Source: Paramecium tetraurelia (lineage: Eukaryota). From it: DNA of 64,000 bases. Below the pieces are notes generated by a model that was not told where the DNA came from, made no database searches, and saw only the letters and a program-made list of their open reading frames with translations. The stretch is taken from NCBI GenBank assembly GCA_000165425.1, contig CT868671.1:191027-255026 (forward strand), given 5' to 3'. A program made the position numbers and the translations under genes. Below, one piece after another: positions 14,631-28,307 of this stretch. Numbering within the stretch: the first letter of the stretch is position 1; each line of letters starts with the position of its first letter.

Positions 14631-14897
14631 ATTATTGAATAACAAATATATATATAATAAATTAGTATCTTTTTAAAATTGAGGATTTCTTATAAACCTA
14701 GCTTAGAAAATATATCAAATCAATAAATGTTGAAGTCTTAGCATTGATAACCCTTCAGGGTTAATATCTGATCATTTCATTTTATTATAATTTTGATGAA
14801 AAGATTTTAAAATTAATCTATTATTCTTTGTTTACCATCTTTAAGACATAATAATTTCCAATTTAATTAAAAGTAATTTTATTAAATTAGTTTTCTC

Positions 14898-15683
14898 ATG
14901 GAAAATATAAATATTATTATATCGTCTTTATCAGGTGAAAAATTGAAACAACAAGTACCTGTGTAGACAAAAATCATAGATATTAAAGCTATTATTGCTG
15001 AAAGGAAAGGATTGCCAATTTAAGCAATTATATTAAAATTTAATGCAAAAGACTTGGATGATTAAAAAACTATTCAAGAATGTAATATAAGAAATGGAGA
15101 TAGCATAATATTGATGAAAAAGATTGTAACTTAAAAACTTAGCAATACTCAAGATCTTAAGGCAAGTTAAATTTAAAAAAATGAAGAATAGTATAAAGAA
15201 TTATTAGATTTTGGATACACTGAAAAAGATGTCATTGATGCATTGAAAAAAACTAATAATAATTATTAAGAAGCCTTAATTATATTATCAAATAAAAGCA
15301 CCGAAAATATTGAAGAAGAAATTTAATTTAAAATTCCAACCTAAAAAGAACAATACTAGGCTTTGCTTTCAGAATAAATTGTTCATGAATTAAGAGAAAG
15401 AGTGTCTAATGAACATGAGTGGAATAGAACCATAGAGACTATTTAATAATAAAATTTGTAATTATCAGTTCTTATATAACAAAATTAAGATCAATTTAGG
15501 CATTTGTAACAATAGCATGTTATTAAGAATATTATCAACATTGAAGATGAAGATTTAAAAATGTTAATATAATTAAGAGATTTTAAACGAAATCTAGATG
15601 ATAAAACTATACTCAAAATATACTTATAAAATGACAGAGACCTATTTTCAACAATGCAAGAATTAGAAAATTTGTAAGAGTGA
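14898..15683 (+). CDS. Rad23-like UBL-UBA ubiquitin shuttle protein (divergent), 261 aa, intronless
   Basis: UBL domain MENINIIISSLSGEKLKQQV...LKFNAKDLDDQKTIQECNIRNGDSIILM; UBA domain YKELLDFGYTEKDVIDALKKTNNNYQEAL; XPC-binding-like IQQQNLQLSVLIQQNQDQF; degenerate second UBA. Confidence 0.75.
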
Positions 15684-15695
15684 TAAGCAATAATA

Positions 15696-16670
15696 TCAAT
15701 TATTATTCACTAATCTACCATTCTCAAATATACACTCTCTTTTGACACCATCCTCTACAAGAAAGCCTTTACCATGTTGTTTTCCTTGATTCCATCCTCC
15801 GATATACACTTTTCCATTTTCCCATGTGAATTGTCCTTATCCATGCTTTTTATCATTTTCATATTCTCCTACATAATGCTTGCCATCAGGCCAAAACATT
15901 TCTCCTTTTCCTATAAACTATTTAATGAATAAGATTTACCATTCATTTGATTATCCTTCCATTATCCTTTATAATACTTTCCTTCCTACCAATAAAATTC
16001 TCCATTGCCACAAGCCTAATTATTAATAAACTCTCCATCATATCGACTGCCATCTTCAAAAACAATCTTTCCTCTTCCATGTTTTTTTCCTTTTACATAT
16101 TAACCCTATACATCTAATAATACTTAATTAAAAAACTTCATATTTAATTTATTAAGGCCATTCTTCTATCCCATCACCATGTTGCAGATCATCCTTCCAT
16201 TATCCAGTATAAGTACTTTGATTAGTCTATTTGAAAATTCCAAAACCATTCGCTAAATCATTAGCCCACTCTCCTTCATAAACATCACCATTTGGGTGTA
16301 GAATTTAACCTTTTCCATGCATTTAATCATTTTGGAACTGACCTGTGTAAACTGTATTATCAATCCAAGTCTATAGTTTAAATTTTCTGGTACATAAATT
16401 CCTTATCCATGTCTCATTCCATTCAACCACTCTCCTTCATAATATCCCATATTCTTCATTTACATTTTATGGAACTTTGTTATTACAGATACATTTTTGA
16501 CTAATTCTTCATCATCTGGATTCAAAGGAAGGGAATCTTAAATTAATTCATTAATACTCACCAGTATTTCTAATTACATTTTATTTAGATGGGAGCTTTT
16601 AAGCAGGTTTTAGTTAAATTTCTGATTCGCCTTGAGAATTTTGATGGCAATTTTAACATGCTGATCCCAT
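15696..16670 (-). CDS. MORN-repeat protein with predicted N-terminal acylation
   Basis: Starts MGSACQNC; repeated YEGEW..G.RHG.G motifs (e.g. YEGEWLNGMRHGQG, WNQGKQHGKG); several ~25-nt introns. Confidence 0.85.
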
Positions 16671-16781
16671 CCTAATCTTATTATTATTATTATTGAATAT
16701 TGATAATAAGTTTTTCAATAATTATTTTCTTCCTCAAAAAGTTAATCATCGTTTAATTTATGAATTATTAATATATATCAA

Positions 16782-18463
16782 TCATTATTCTTTTTCTTAA
16801 CCTTTATACTCCTTCACCTTTTTCGCTAAAGCTTCAGACAATAAAGAAAGCACACTAATTTCATAATCAATTTGAGTGACCTTTTTATTTTAAGTTTACT
16901 TTTTCAACTCTTCATTCTATTTTTTTAATTGTTGGTTATGCTCTTAAAATTACTTAATCTTATCTGTTAACAATGAAATTTATTATGATTATTAAAGTTG
17001 GGATTCAAATAAGCTTTTCTAATTCTTACTTTCATCTTCCATTTCCTTTTCATTGAGTTTAGCTTACAATTCTTTTATTTTTTCTTCCAACTTATGGTTT
17101 TCCTTTATATAATACTCCCTTTCAAAATTTTCGTTTTTCAGATTTGCAGATAGTTTCATTTCTTAAGACAATTGTTAATTGGTGTTACTAGCCACTTTAG
17201 GCATTTCTTCTTCAGCTTAATGCAAGGTCTCAAATAAATCTTAAAGTTCTCGAATTTTTTATCCATATTCAGTTTCCAAATTTTTAATTTATTCTTATGA
17301 TCTTTCGAATCTAGCCTACTTTTATTGTAACTCTAACTCTAAATTTAATTTGGCTTCTTTCAACTCTGATTATTATAATAATAACTCCTTAATATTTTAT
17401 TTCAAAGTAGTTATTTCTTTTTCATATCTTTCTTTTCCTTTTTAATATACATCTTTGTCTAACTCCCTTCTTTCTTGCAGCTAATTAATATTTTCTAATC
17501 GCTTACGCTTTCAATTTTTTATTCTAATTTTTCATTCTCTTACAATTTAAATTTGTATTACTAATATTCTTCCTTAAGCTAAATAAATTAGGTTTCTTTT
17601 CTCTTGAAATCTTCAATTATTAATTCGTATTATGCCAGTTTATGTTCTTGTTCCAAACACTTTTAATGAATTTTCTCACTTTCCTTGTACTCATGTTAAA
17701 AGTCCATCTTCTCCTCCAAACCTTAATATAATTTGAAATGCTTACATTTTTCTAAATGGCATTTAGATTCTGTTAATGCCCTGATTTCCATATCTTTATT
17801 TTCTAATTAAACTAATGCATCATCTAAGGCACTTTTCAATGATTTCTTTTTCTCTTCAGATTCATTTAATTATTTTTTAAGTTCTGTATTGTAAGATTCA
17901 ATTTCATCCATTTTTTAGACTAAATTTTGTATATAGTTTTCCTCTTGCCATTCGTTGGTTAGATTTTCTTCTGACTTAGATTTATATTATGTATAATACT
18001 TCATCTAAGTGATTTTTAAGAAAATGCATTAAGGTTTCTTAATCTTTTTCCTCCAACATTAAAATAGGCTCAATAAATTTTCCTCTCATATTTGAAGACA
18101 GGATGACTTTCATTATCAATTCAAATAATGCTAAAATCTATTGCCTATTCTAATTCACAGTGATTTCGAAAACATCAATTTCTATATAATCAGGTGGCTT
18201 GCATTGAATATTGGTTCGATACTATTAAACTTTTTAAAGCATATCAATCAAATGACCTTGAACCTTCTAAACATCTGTATCAACCTTTAAGTTTTTTGCA
18301 CTCGCCAAGGAAAAGAATGTAGGATCAACTAAATTCAACAACTAACTAAATGCGCATCCTTTGATATAATTGCATACTTACCATCAGCCAAACTTTCAAA
18401 AGACTAAATATTCAACTACTAATATTTGTTAAGCCATTAAACAATGGCATTCTCTAAACTCAT
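16782..18463 (-). CDS. HOOK-domain coiled-coil protein (putative dynein/microtubule adaptor)
   Basis: MSLENAIVQWLNKY...ESLADGCAFSQLLNLVDPTFF...ILALFELIMKVILSSNMRGKFIEPILMLEE matches the HOOK N-terminal CH-like domain pattern; long E/Q/K heptad region follows. Confidence 0.7.
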
Positions 18464-19021
18464 GTTTTAATTAATGACTTAATATTAAATTTTGATAAAG
18501 AAAGGATAACTATAATATTAATGATAATTATGATTATTATGATAAAAAATTCTAAAGAGGGAGAATTCCATTGAATTTTCTTTACCTCCTTAATTTACAT
18601 AAGTAAGTGAATCTTTGGAGAAAATTAATAATCATGACGTTATTAAGAAAATTCATAAAAAAATATTAAATTTCATCATTATTACCTGGCAATTCAGAAT
18701 TGAAATTATACATTTAGATTCTTTGAATATAGCATTTTAAAATCCAAACTGCATCTTTAATGAACCTAAATTATTTGTAATAATGAAATAATTCTATAAA
18801 TTTAATCAATATTATAAATTCTATATAAGAATGCATAAACGAAATTTTGTGTAACATAAATAAATATAATTATATAACAAATACAATTAATAGTTGGAAT
18901 AGAAAAGATAACTTAGATTCATTTAAGGATTTATTTATAATTTTTTATAAGTGAGGAAAAAGATTCTCTGATGATTTTTTTTAATTTCTATAAACAATTA
19001 AGAATTTGATAATTATTTTTA

Positions 19022-20875
19022 ATGGAATAAATCGTCTGGCAAGTTAAGTACCCACCTACAGCTAGTACAGAAAGAGCAAGACCTTCAAGAATTGACTCAA
19101 GTTCAAAATACTTGGTTTATTGCATTTCAAATAGTGTTATTGTAAGACATTTAGAGGATCTAAATAAATATTCTGTATTTGATTAACATAAGTTTGACAC
19201 AACAGCAGTCGCTATTTCACCAAATGGAAATTTATGCTGTTCAGGAGATGCAAAGGGATCCATAATGGTTTGGGAATTAAACATTCAGGTAACTTGATGA
19301 AAGTAGTTTAGCCTCATCCAGTATTTAGGTAATATGAAGATGTTTTGGGAGGTGCTATTAAAGATATATGTTGGACAGGAGATGGTGAAAGATTAGGAAT
19401 AGTAGGAGAAGGCAAAACTTATTTTGGCAGAACCATTCTTCTTGACACTGGTAGCAGTGTAGGAGAGATTAGTGGAGTATCTTTGACTCTCAATGCTTGT
19501 GCAATGAGACCCTAAAGACCATTCAGATTGGCTTTAGGAGGGGATGAAGGTTCAGTATGTTGGTTTGAAGGACCTCCATTTAAATTTAAGAAGTCGATGA
19601 AACAACATAATAATAGCATCCTCTAAATTAAATATAATTAGAGTGGTGATCATTTTGTTTCAGTTGGGGCTGATAAAAAGATCTACTTGTATGAAGGAAA
19701 GACAGGAGAAGTTGTGAAAGAGATTACAACAGACAGTCCTCATACTAGAAGTATCACAGGTGTGAGTTGGATCAATGATACAACCTTTGTAACTTCATCA
19801 AATGATACTACATTAAAAGTTTGGAATTTCGATGGACTATTAAAAACACTCAAAATCCCAAATGCTTAAGAAATTGATGATATGCAAGTAGGAGTGACTG
19901 TAAGTGGAAATGTAGCATACTCTCTATCTTTGACTGGCGCTTTGAATGTTTGGTTGGATGTACTAAAAGTAGAAGAAGGACCGACAAAAAGGTTGTTTGG
20001 ACATAATGCTTTAGTTGGTTAGATTGCTGTTTATGGAGATAAGCTTATAACAGGTGACAACAATGGAAGATTATGTATTTTTTTAATTCATATTCTAGTG
20101 ATTTGGGAGAATGGAAATTCAATAAGGCCAGCAGGAGTACATCACACTAAGTAGGTGATCTCACTTTCAGTTTCACAAAATGTATTATACTCATTAGGTG
20201 GAGAATAACTTAAATTGACTAATCTAGAAACCAATACAATTGAGAAAACTACTGATTGCAAAGGATTGACATTAAAACTATAGGCAAACTAATCTAATCC
20301 CAACATTTGCTATTTGCTTATGGAGAATGGACTCATATTAGAATTTACTAATTTAGAATTGACTAGAGAATACCAATTAGGCTATGAAGTGAGCAATTTT
20401 TTGTTGGCTGAATCATTGTTTCTGGTTGGTGATCTTAAGGGAAAGATTCATGCTGTCAGCATTGAAAGTGGGGCTGAAACACAAACTTTCCAATTGCAAT
20501 AAACTAAAATAACAGCAATGGCCTTATAAGGTGATAGATTCTTATGTGGTGATACAACTGGCAAAATGAAACTTATTGATTACAAAGAAAATTAAGTAGT
20601 ACATGGGGATAGATGGACTCATCACACTACTATTATTTCATCTTTAAGTTTTACAAATTCAGGCAAATTTGCAGTATCTACTGGGTATGATAATAAAATA
20701 ATGGTTTGGAATTTGTAGGATGGTTAGAGAGTTCTTGAAAGAATTGGTATATTTACAATTAATTTTAGATGCTCACAAAAGAGGAGTCTTAACAGCTATT
20801 ATCACTTCAGATAATAAAGTTTTAAGTAGTGGAGGGGATAACTCTTTTAAAGAATGGGTGCTAAATTTGGAATGA
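19022..20875 (+). CDS. AIP1: Actin-interacting protein 1 / WDR1 (WD40 repeats)
   Basis: [11 protein letters not shown]-terminal motif; [27 protein letters not shown] signature; multiple WD repeats; introns at ~19289, ~20075 and ~20746. Confidence 0.9.
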
Positions 20876-21005
20876 GTAATATTATAAAAATAATAAAAGT
20901 TCTGAAGCCTCTAATATTTATATATATGTATGTTAAATATCATTAAATTGATATTCATAAAGAAAATAATGTTAAAGAAAGATAAACTACTTTAATATCA
21001 TTAAT

Positions 21006-21188
21006 TCAAATTTGCAATGATCCTTGAAGATTCTTCTTTTCCCTACTACAATTTCTTCTTTTAATTATTGGATTATTATTGATCATAAATCTCGATTCAT
21101 TACTCAAACAATCTGATTGTATTAATTTTTCTATCTAATCTAAATGATTTCTTTAGTTTTCTTTTGGTTTCTACACAGAACATCCCAT
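21006..21188 (-). CDS. 60-aa microprotein with MGC N-terminus
   Basis: Intronless code-6 ORF MGCSVQKPKENQRNHLDQIEKLIQSDCLSNESRFMINNNPIIKRRNCSREKKNLQGSLQI-TGA. Confidence 0.65.
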
Positions 21189-21786
21189 CTGAACAATATT
21201 TATCTTGAAAATTATTAAAAAATTACTAAAATAAAACACTTTTGATTAAACTTTAAATCCCCAAGATTTTCTAACTTAAATTAAATAAAAAAACTACATA
21301 GGCAAATGCTACATCTGTTTTATTTAACATTTTTGTTCTTTCTTAGTCTATATATATAAAAAAAACTCCTTTTAACAGTTATTTTCGTTCATTTATTTGT
21401 ATATAGATTAACTTTTACAAAACATATTTGCAATTTACTAAGTTTAACAATGATATAAATAACTAACTTAAATAAAAACTAAAATTAAGATTTATTATCA
21501 AAAAATATTGATTTTAATTATTTATTATAAATATTCTCATTTGATAAGAATACACTTCTGATGTGTACTTATTAAATATATTAAATTCACTAGAATTTTA
21601 ATTTCTAATACAATTCTTAATAATCAAAGACAGCTGAATTGATAGAGAAAATCATAGAAACATAGTCATTTTATCTTAATAAAAATGGATTCTCGGATTA
21701 TTGATATTTGAAGGGTGCTTATTCTATTGAATTAGAAAAATTTATATCTTTCCATTGCATAAAATAGAATTATATAAATTTAATTA

Positions 21787-22809
21787 ATGAGTATGCCATT
21801 ATCAAAATTTCCATCGATCGAAATCATTAAAGTAGCAGGATCGGGTACTTTTGGTAAACATTTTGGCTATATATAAAGGATACGTCTTTGAAGCATATGA
21901 TCACAATACAAAATAGAAAGTTGCTCTTAAAAGAATTGAGAAGGTTGGAAATCTGTTAAGTAGAGAATATGAGATACTATTTGAAGTTAAAGAATGTGAT
22001 CATATTGTCAAAATACTTGTATTTTATTTTAGTAAGAGTAGGATTTTTTTTATTCCAGAACTGATGCGGGTAAATTAATTCAAAATATTGTGTTTGAATA
22101 TATGGAGGATAATCTTGAAAACAGGATTTAAACATATATAAAATAAGGTAAGGTCTTCTCTGAATTGACTATAAAGTCATACATTTATCAAATTTTAAAA
22201 GGATTATAGTTTATTCATAAAAAGGGAATAGCTCATAGAGATTTAAAACCGTAAAAAATGATTGATAATTTTTATTAGAGAAAACATTCTTATCAATGAC
22301 AAAGAAGTAGTTAAATTGTGCGATTTTGGAAGTTCTAAAATGATAAATACTCACGGTTAAAATACCCCATACATAGTGTCAAGATATTATCGTGCTCCTG
22401 AATTAATTTTATGTGTTACAAAGTATGATGTGTCTATTGACATTTGGGCTTTGGGTTGCATAATGGGGGAATTGGTTGTAAAAGAGGCTCTCTTCAAAGG
22501 AAAAAGTGAAGGGGATTAATTGTTTGCAATTTTCAAGGTGATGGGAAGCTTCAATTAAAGTGAAATGGATTACTTTGCAAACAAAGTGCCTTTCGATCAC
22601 AAAATATTTTTCAAAGAGTTGTAGAAGTATAAAAAATAGAATTTGAAAGAGAAATTCAATTAAATGAAAGACTTGGACAACTTCTTGGATTTGCTTAAGT
22701 AAGATTATTCATAATATTAAGTTAAATGTTGCAGTACAACCCAGAGAAAAGAATCAGTGCAAGTGATGCTTTGAAGCATCCGTTTTTTAAAGATGTAGCG
22801 GATTAATGA
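21787..22809 (+). CDS. GSK3-family (CMGC) Ser/Thr kinase
   Basis: GSGTFG, VALK, HRDLKPEN, LCDFGSSK and TPYIVSRYYRAPE motifs; four short introns. Confidence 0.9.
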
Positions 22810-22852
22810 TTATATATGAAGAATAAATTATTTACTATATATTTAATGTGAA

Positions 22853-23387
22853 TCATTTATCTTAAGCTTCTCTGCTTCCAACAATTTTTTCCTCTCCCAT
22901 GGCTGAAAGAACGGATATCAACAAATCCCTTTGATATTTATGAATTCATTACTTGCCAGCATCAAATTAGTCTCTGATTTCCTTAACCAAATTGAAGTCA
23001 TCTTCAGTTTCTGGTAATTTGAGATCTTCTTTAGTTGATCCATCCTCATTCATAAGAATAACAAATCCATCTCCTTAGATATCCATCAAAGTATATTCCT
23101 TTTTGGTGACAAATGGAACATCAATATTGTGAGAAGTTGGGGCTGAATCTTCGTAAGTTTTGTTTGTGAAAATATCCTTTCCAACAATAGAAGCCTAAAA
23201 CATTCGACTAAATCATTACTTTAGCATGACCATGCTTTCCAGCTTTGGATGTAGACACATCGGTAATCTTGCATGGATGTCCTTTGAGCATAACGTAGCC
23301 TCCCTTCTTTAATGAGCCAGCACTTTCTGTGTAGGTGTGGGATGATCCAGCGTTTCCTTACTCAAATTGATTCTCGTCGTCAGACAT
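22853..23387 (-). CDS. EIF5A: Translation factor eIF5A (canonical, hypusine Lys present), 161 aa
   Basis: [19 protein letters not shown]...[20 protein letters not shown]; introns 23195-23219 (25 nt) and 22929-22952 (24 nt). Confidence 0.97.
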
Positions 23388-23516
23388 TTAATTTATATTT
23401 AAATTTTATTTTAAATTTTGGGATTTGTGAAATATAATCACAACTCATCAGAAAATAAATTCTTTAAATTATATTCATAAAAACTTAATTCTCCAAAATT
23501 TTAACTATAAAATTTT

Positions 23517-24195
23517 TCATTATGCTCTACGCACATCTAAGTGAGTCTTCATCTACTCTAACCAACAATTGAATTCCAGATTCTCTATGATTTATTTTTC
23601 ACGATGATTTCTATCTTCCTTATAGCAAGCATATGGATATTTCCAATCACAATTATTCGTCGATTAAATCTCTAATTAGGCACTAAGTTAGTATTATACT
23701 TTACTTGTATTCAGTTAAAGCTATTAGATCTTATTGAATGTAATTAGAATTCTTCTGATTTATTAAATCTATCCACTGATTATGCTTATTGCGTTATAAT
23801 AAAGATCGATATGAAGTTTATTAAGATTATTAATGTAATATAGATTACTATTACTTTATCAACTCAGATTGCTACTCGGTATTTCTAATTGTAAAGTCAG
23901 TTGGAGTATGCAAAGATGTACTAGGAGTCTTTTTGCTATGTTCCTTCATTTATTTTTTAGGAGATTTATGAGTTAGACCTGCTAAGAAATTTTTCAAAGA
24001 CACATTTTATGGAATCACCACTGAGGTACTTGCACAAGATGATTTCAACTTTAGATTGTTTATCAGATTTTTGACATCTTTTCTTTATTGAGGACAATAA
24101 AATTGTTTTTGTTGTGTATCATATCTATCACATATCTAATTAATTGTTTATTTATTGAATGAAGAAGTTCTCTTCTTCTCAGCGCCTTTATTCAT
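23517..24195 (-). CDS. Hypothetical basic/coiled-coil protein
   Basis: MNKGAEKKRTSSFNK...; frame closes after removing 22-nt intron 23683-23704; ends MKTHLDVRRAQ-TGA. Confidence 0.6.
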
Positions 24196-24307
24196 TAAGT
24201 TAACAATATTATTTTTAATATAATTCTGGGTTTACAATTAATTACCAAATAGATCAAATATAGTGACAATTTATAGATTCAAAATTTATAGTAGATACAT
24301 AAATTTC

Positions 24308-27300
24308 TCATATTACATTCCACGCATTCCTACCCTACTTATTTAAAATGTGAGAAGAGGCTCCGGAAAACATGAGCATGTCAGCTATATCAAAATGAGA
24401 ATATGCTATAGCCAAATGCAAGGGGGTGTTTCCATCATCCTTTTTTAGTAAAAAAATACATTTTATATGTTGATATCCGCTCCTCTCTTTATCAGTTCTT
24501 TGACAATATCCTTATTTCCACTTTGAGTGGCTAAAGTTAAGAAAGTTTCATTATTTTAGAATCTGTAATCAGTATACATTTCTGGCAGCTATTTAAAGTT
24601 TTCCAAAAACTAATAATGTCTTAAGATTTTTATATACTTCTTAATAATTATTATCCTCTATAGCAAACTTTACTTGATACTTTTGATCATATTTCTACCT
24701 TTTCGCTTATTCCTCTGCATGGCTTCTCATTCTCAATGAATGCTATTGCATACTTTGTATCTAAAGAATTGATTTATAAAATATCAAATTTACTTTTTAT
24801 TCAAAGATCTTATTGATTAAATTTTCTGATTTTGTTTTATTATGCTTGATTTTTTTTTCAATTTCTGCTACTTCAAGATGTTGTGGTTGATTTTTAGTTT
24901 ATGGCTTTTGGTTCTCCACTTCTAATATCTTTTATGAGCTGATCTCTAATTTGCTATTTGATGATTTTATGGATGAAGTTTCACTTAAATCTGCATTTGA
25001 TTTACTTTTTTGTATTATTTTTGTTCCTGTAACATTGACTGATTATTAAGATTAGTTGGTTGGTTTTGTTAAAAATTAGGTAGTAGATTGTGTTATAATG
25101 TTATTTTGAGTTTATTAATTAGTATGTTAATTAGTTAATTAATTAGAGTATTGCATTGTTAATCTTGAATTACTTTGATCTGGAGAGTTAGAGGTTTATT
25201 TTGTTCTTAAATTTGGTTGAATATTTATTGTTTGTGTTTGGTTTTTTTTGAGTTATTTTTTATTGAGTATATTTTTTTTAATGCTTACAATTTATCTAAT
25301 CTATTCTCCTTTTGTGCTTTATTAATTGGTTACTTATTATTATTGTTATTAATGCTACTAATTGTTTTGTTGTTATGACTTTTAACTTTTTTATTAATTC
25401 TCTATTTCTGTTAATGTTGGGATTTCAGGTAAATTTTATAAAGTCTCTATTAAATCTTAGTGTTCAATATCGATAACCTTTTCCTTGTCTTGATATCTCC
25501 CAATTAATATTTAGTCGTATCTGATAGCTAATTAATCTATTACTCTCCTTTTTAAAATTAATTTATCATAATATTTTTCCAGTTATTTATAAGCCCAACA
25601 ATCATTATCAGAATTAATAGAGTCTAAGACTTAATCGATAGGTTTAGCTTGCTAAGGAAATGTTAATAATTAGTTTTTGGTGTTTTGATCTAGGGTACTT
25701 AAAATGCAAACAAGATCAAGTGGTTATAAAAAATGATTTTTGGCTTTCTTAATAAGTGTCAACTACCCAGTTGATATTGCTGATATAAACTTAAACATGA
25801 ATGATTACATTTAAAATTCTTTAAATCATCCTCAATAAATATTGTTTCGTCCTTTTCTTCTTCTAAATTGTTAAGTGACTTAATGATATTAAGCTTTTTA
25901 CTTTCGTAGTCTTCTTATTATAATCCTGGCCTAAATTTATTTAAAATTAAACTTTAAATTGGTTCTTCTAAACGTAAATCCAATGACTAACTTAAATCTG
26001 ATTCACTTGAAGAAAATGTTTCCGTTGAATAAAAATTAAAGGTTAAGCTTAATTTTGGTTAGTAAATGATGAATTTAGGTATATCTAAATTTTATTCTAG
26101 TGTAGGACCAATCTATTCTAATCCAGGTACTTCAGTTGCTTAAAAGTTTCTGATTATATAAAGATAAATTACATATATGTTAACTTAATTAATTGTTGTT
26201 AGGAAGTAAAATAATCTTCAATTTCTTGTAGATTCATCCCAACAAAGGTAGTTTTTCTGGGTAATTTATGCAATCTACTTTGATAATAAAGTCTGACGTA
26301 TAAATTAGACTTAAATAAATTAATATATTTTATTTACTTTTGAGAATTCTTAATTAAAATCTAGATTATTGTTTTCTTCTATATTAGGAATACTCTATAC
26401 ACTTGATAATTCTTCTTTAATTATTTATTGAGAGACTGAGTGCCTTAAATTAATGTGTTTTTAAGAATAGTGCACAGATCCAGAATGCTATAGGATTCTT
26501 TTGCCAGGAGAGCTAGCTTATTTAGGAGGAGATTGCGCTTATTGAACTTCTTCTATAATCTAATCTATTTAAATAAATTTTGGCCTATTGAAAATTTGAA
26601 TTTCATTTTCTAATTTATCGTTAGTTATAGTAATTGTAAATTAATCTTTGTTTAAATTGATATCTTAAGCAAGATGTTCATTACTACCTGATTAACCAAA
26701 TTAGCTTTTTTTATATTTTGATAGCAATGAAAATTTTTAGGGTTGCTCAATTTCTTTGCTGTTTTCAGTTGTAGTGAGAATCATTTTAATTTTTCTTTGA
26801 AATGCCTTATTTGTAGTATTTAATTTAGCTATTTATGAACTGACAATATTATTCATCTTATGAGCATGCTTGATATTTAATTAGTTGACAAATAACTTTT
26901 TCCTATATATTACTTATTTCTGTTGAAATTATTTTGCTTTATATAATATAAAGTTGCCAGCCTCAAAAGCGACACTTATTTTTTAGCGTTCTTCTTCATG
27001 TTTGAGTGTGAATTCAGGGGATATTATCACATTAAAGAGTGATTTCGGCTTAAATAGTTATAATAATTTTTACTTGTTTATTGATAAAAAGTGTGGAAAC
27101 TTGAGATTAGACAGCATTTTTGAATTTGAGTCTAACAGAGAGCTTCTTCATCCTTTTTTCCCCCTAAGGAACATCTTCTTCTTCTTGAGAATCATCTTCT
27201 TTATCTGATTCATAGTCTTAACCTTTTGATGAATGCTACTCTAATGGTTCTGTAATTTATATTATTGGGATTTAGAGCAATGGAGGTATCTCTGGCAATC

Positions 27301-27789
27301 TGGCACTATGTTAAGATTCAGTTTAAATTGAAGGCAAAGTACTTTTTCTGGATTCAATTTTTCTTAATTCCCTTGCCTTTTTTTAGATGATCAAAAATGG
27401 ATGTTGTTCTGATTCGGTGTACAATATCATCTTCTCTTATTTGAATCTTTTCTATTGATGTAAATTCTTTAAGTCTGAAGATAAGCTTTTTATATGATGG
27501 ACTTATGGCTGTTATTTAGAAATATGCTGAGTCTATGTTTTTACTCGAACAGAATTCAAATTTATCGGTTTACTCACATTTTAAGGAGTTGTAATTGGTT
27601 TTGCTAAACTGTTTTATTTGTTCAAATTGGATGTCTAAGTCCTTGTTGATGATAAATATTCTGATGCCAAACTTGGTGTCGAAGTATGAGGTCCGAAATA
27701 GTTTCCGAATGCTCTATAGAATTTCTACTCAAATAAATTGAATACTAAACCTTAGTCAAATAGCCTTGGTCAATATAATTTTAATTCAT
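24308..27789 (-). CDS. Large low-complexity protein with C-terminal ankyrin repeats
   Basis: C-terminus ETFLTLATQSGNKDIVKELIKRGADINIQN|DDGNTPLHLAIAYSHFDIADMLMFSGAS; probable start MNQNYIDQGYLTK|KFYRAFG; continuity of the middle not fully verified. Confidence 0.65.
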
Positions 27790-28307
27790 TTTTTATAATT
27801 AACTAGAAATAGAAATATTCATAGAGAAATTTGCAATTAATTAATATTGTTGAGAACAATTAAGTAGTTATCAAAGTAATCAATAAATTATGACTAACTA
27901 TAAGATTGAATAAGTAAATATTAATGAGAATTTAATTTTCAATTTGACATTTGAGTATCCATTAAAGCTATATCTAATAACAGCTTTTTACTTCAGATAT
28001 TGTTACTGTTTCGTTCGCAATTTAAATAATTATTGTCATATATGCATATCAAAAGATCATTGAATTCATTTATTCCTAAGGGGTTAAGATATTTGATTTT
28101 TAAAATATGATAATAAAGAAAAAAATTAAAAACAGATTTTGCTTATGCTTGAAAATGATTAATAACATATTTCTTAAATCCATTCTACCTTTATTTTAGA
28201 AATATTGCTAAACTAAATTTTTTTGTATGCTTAATATTAATGTCGTAATTTTAAGTTGTTAATTCCATAATCAAATAGGAATCATCACTTAATGCCATTT
28301 AATTCTC

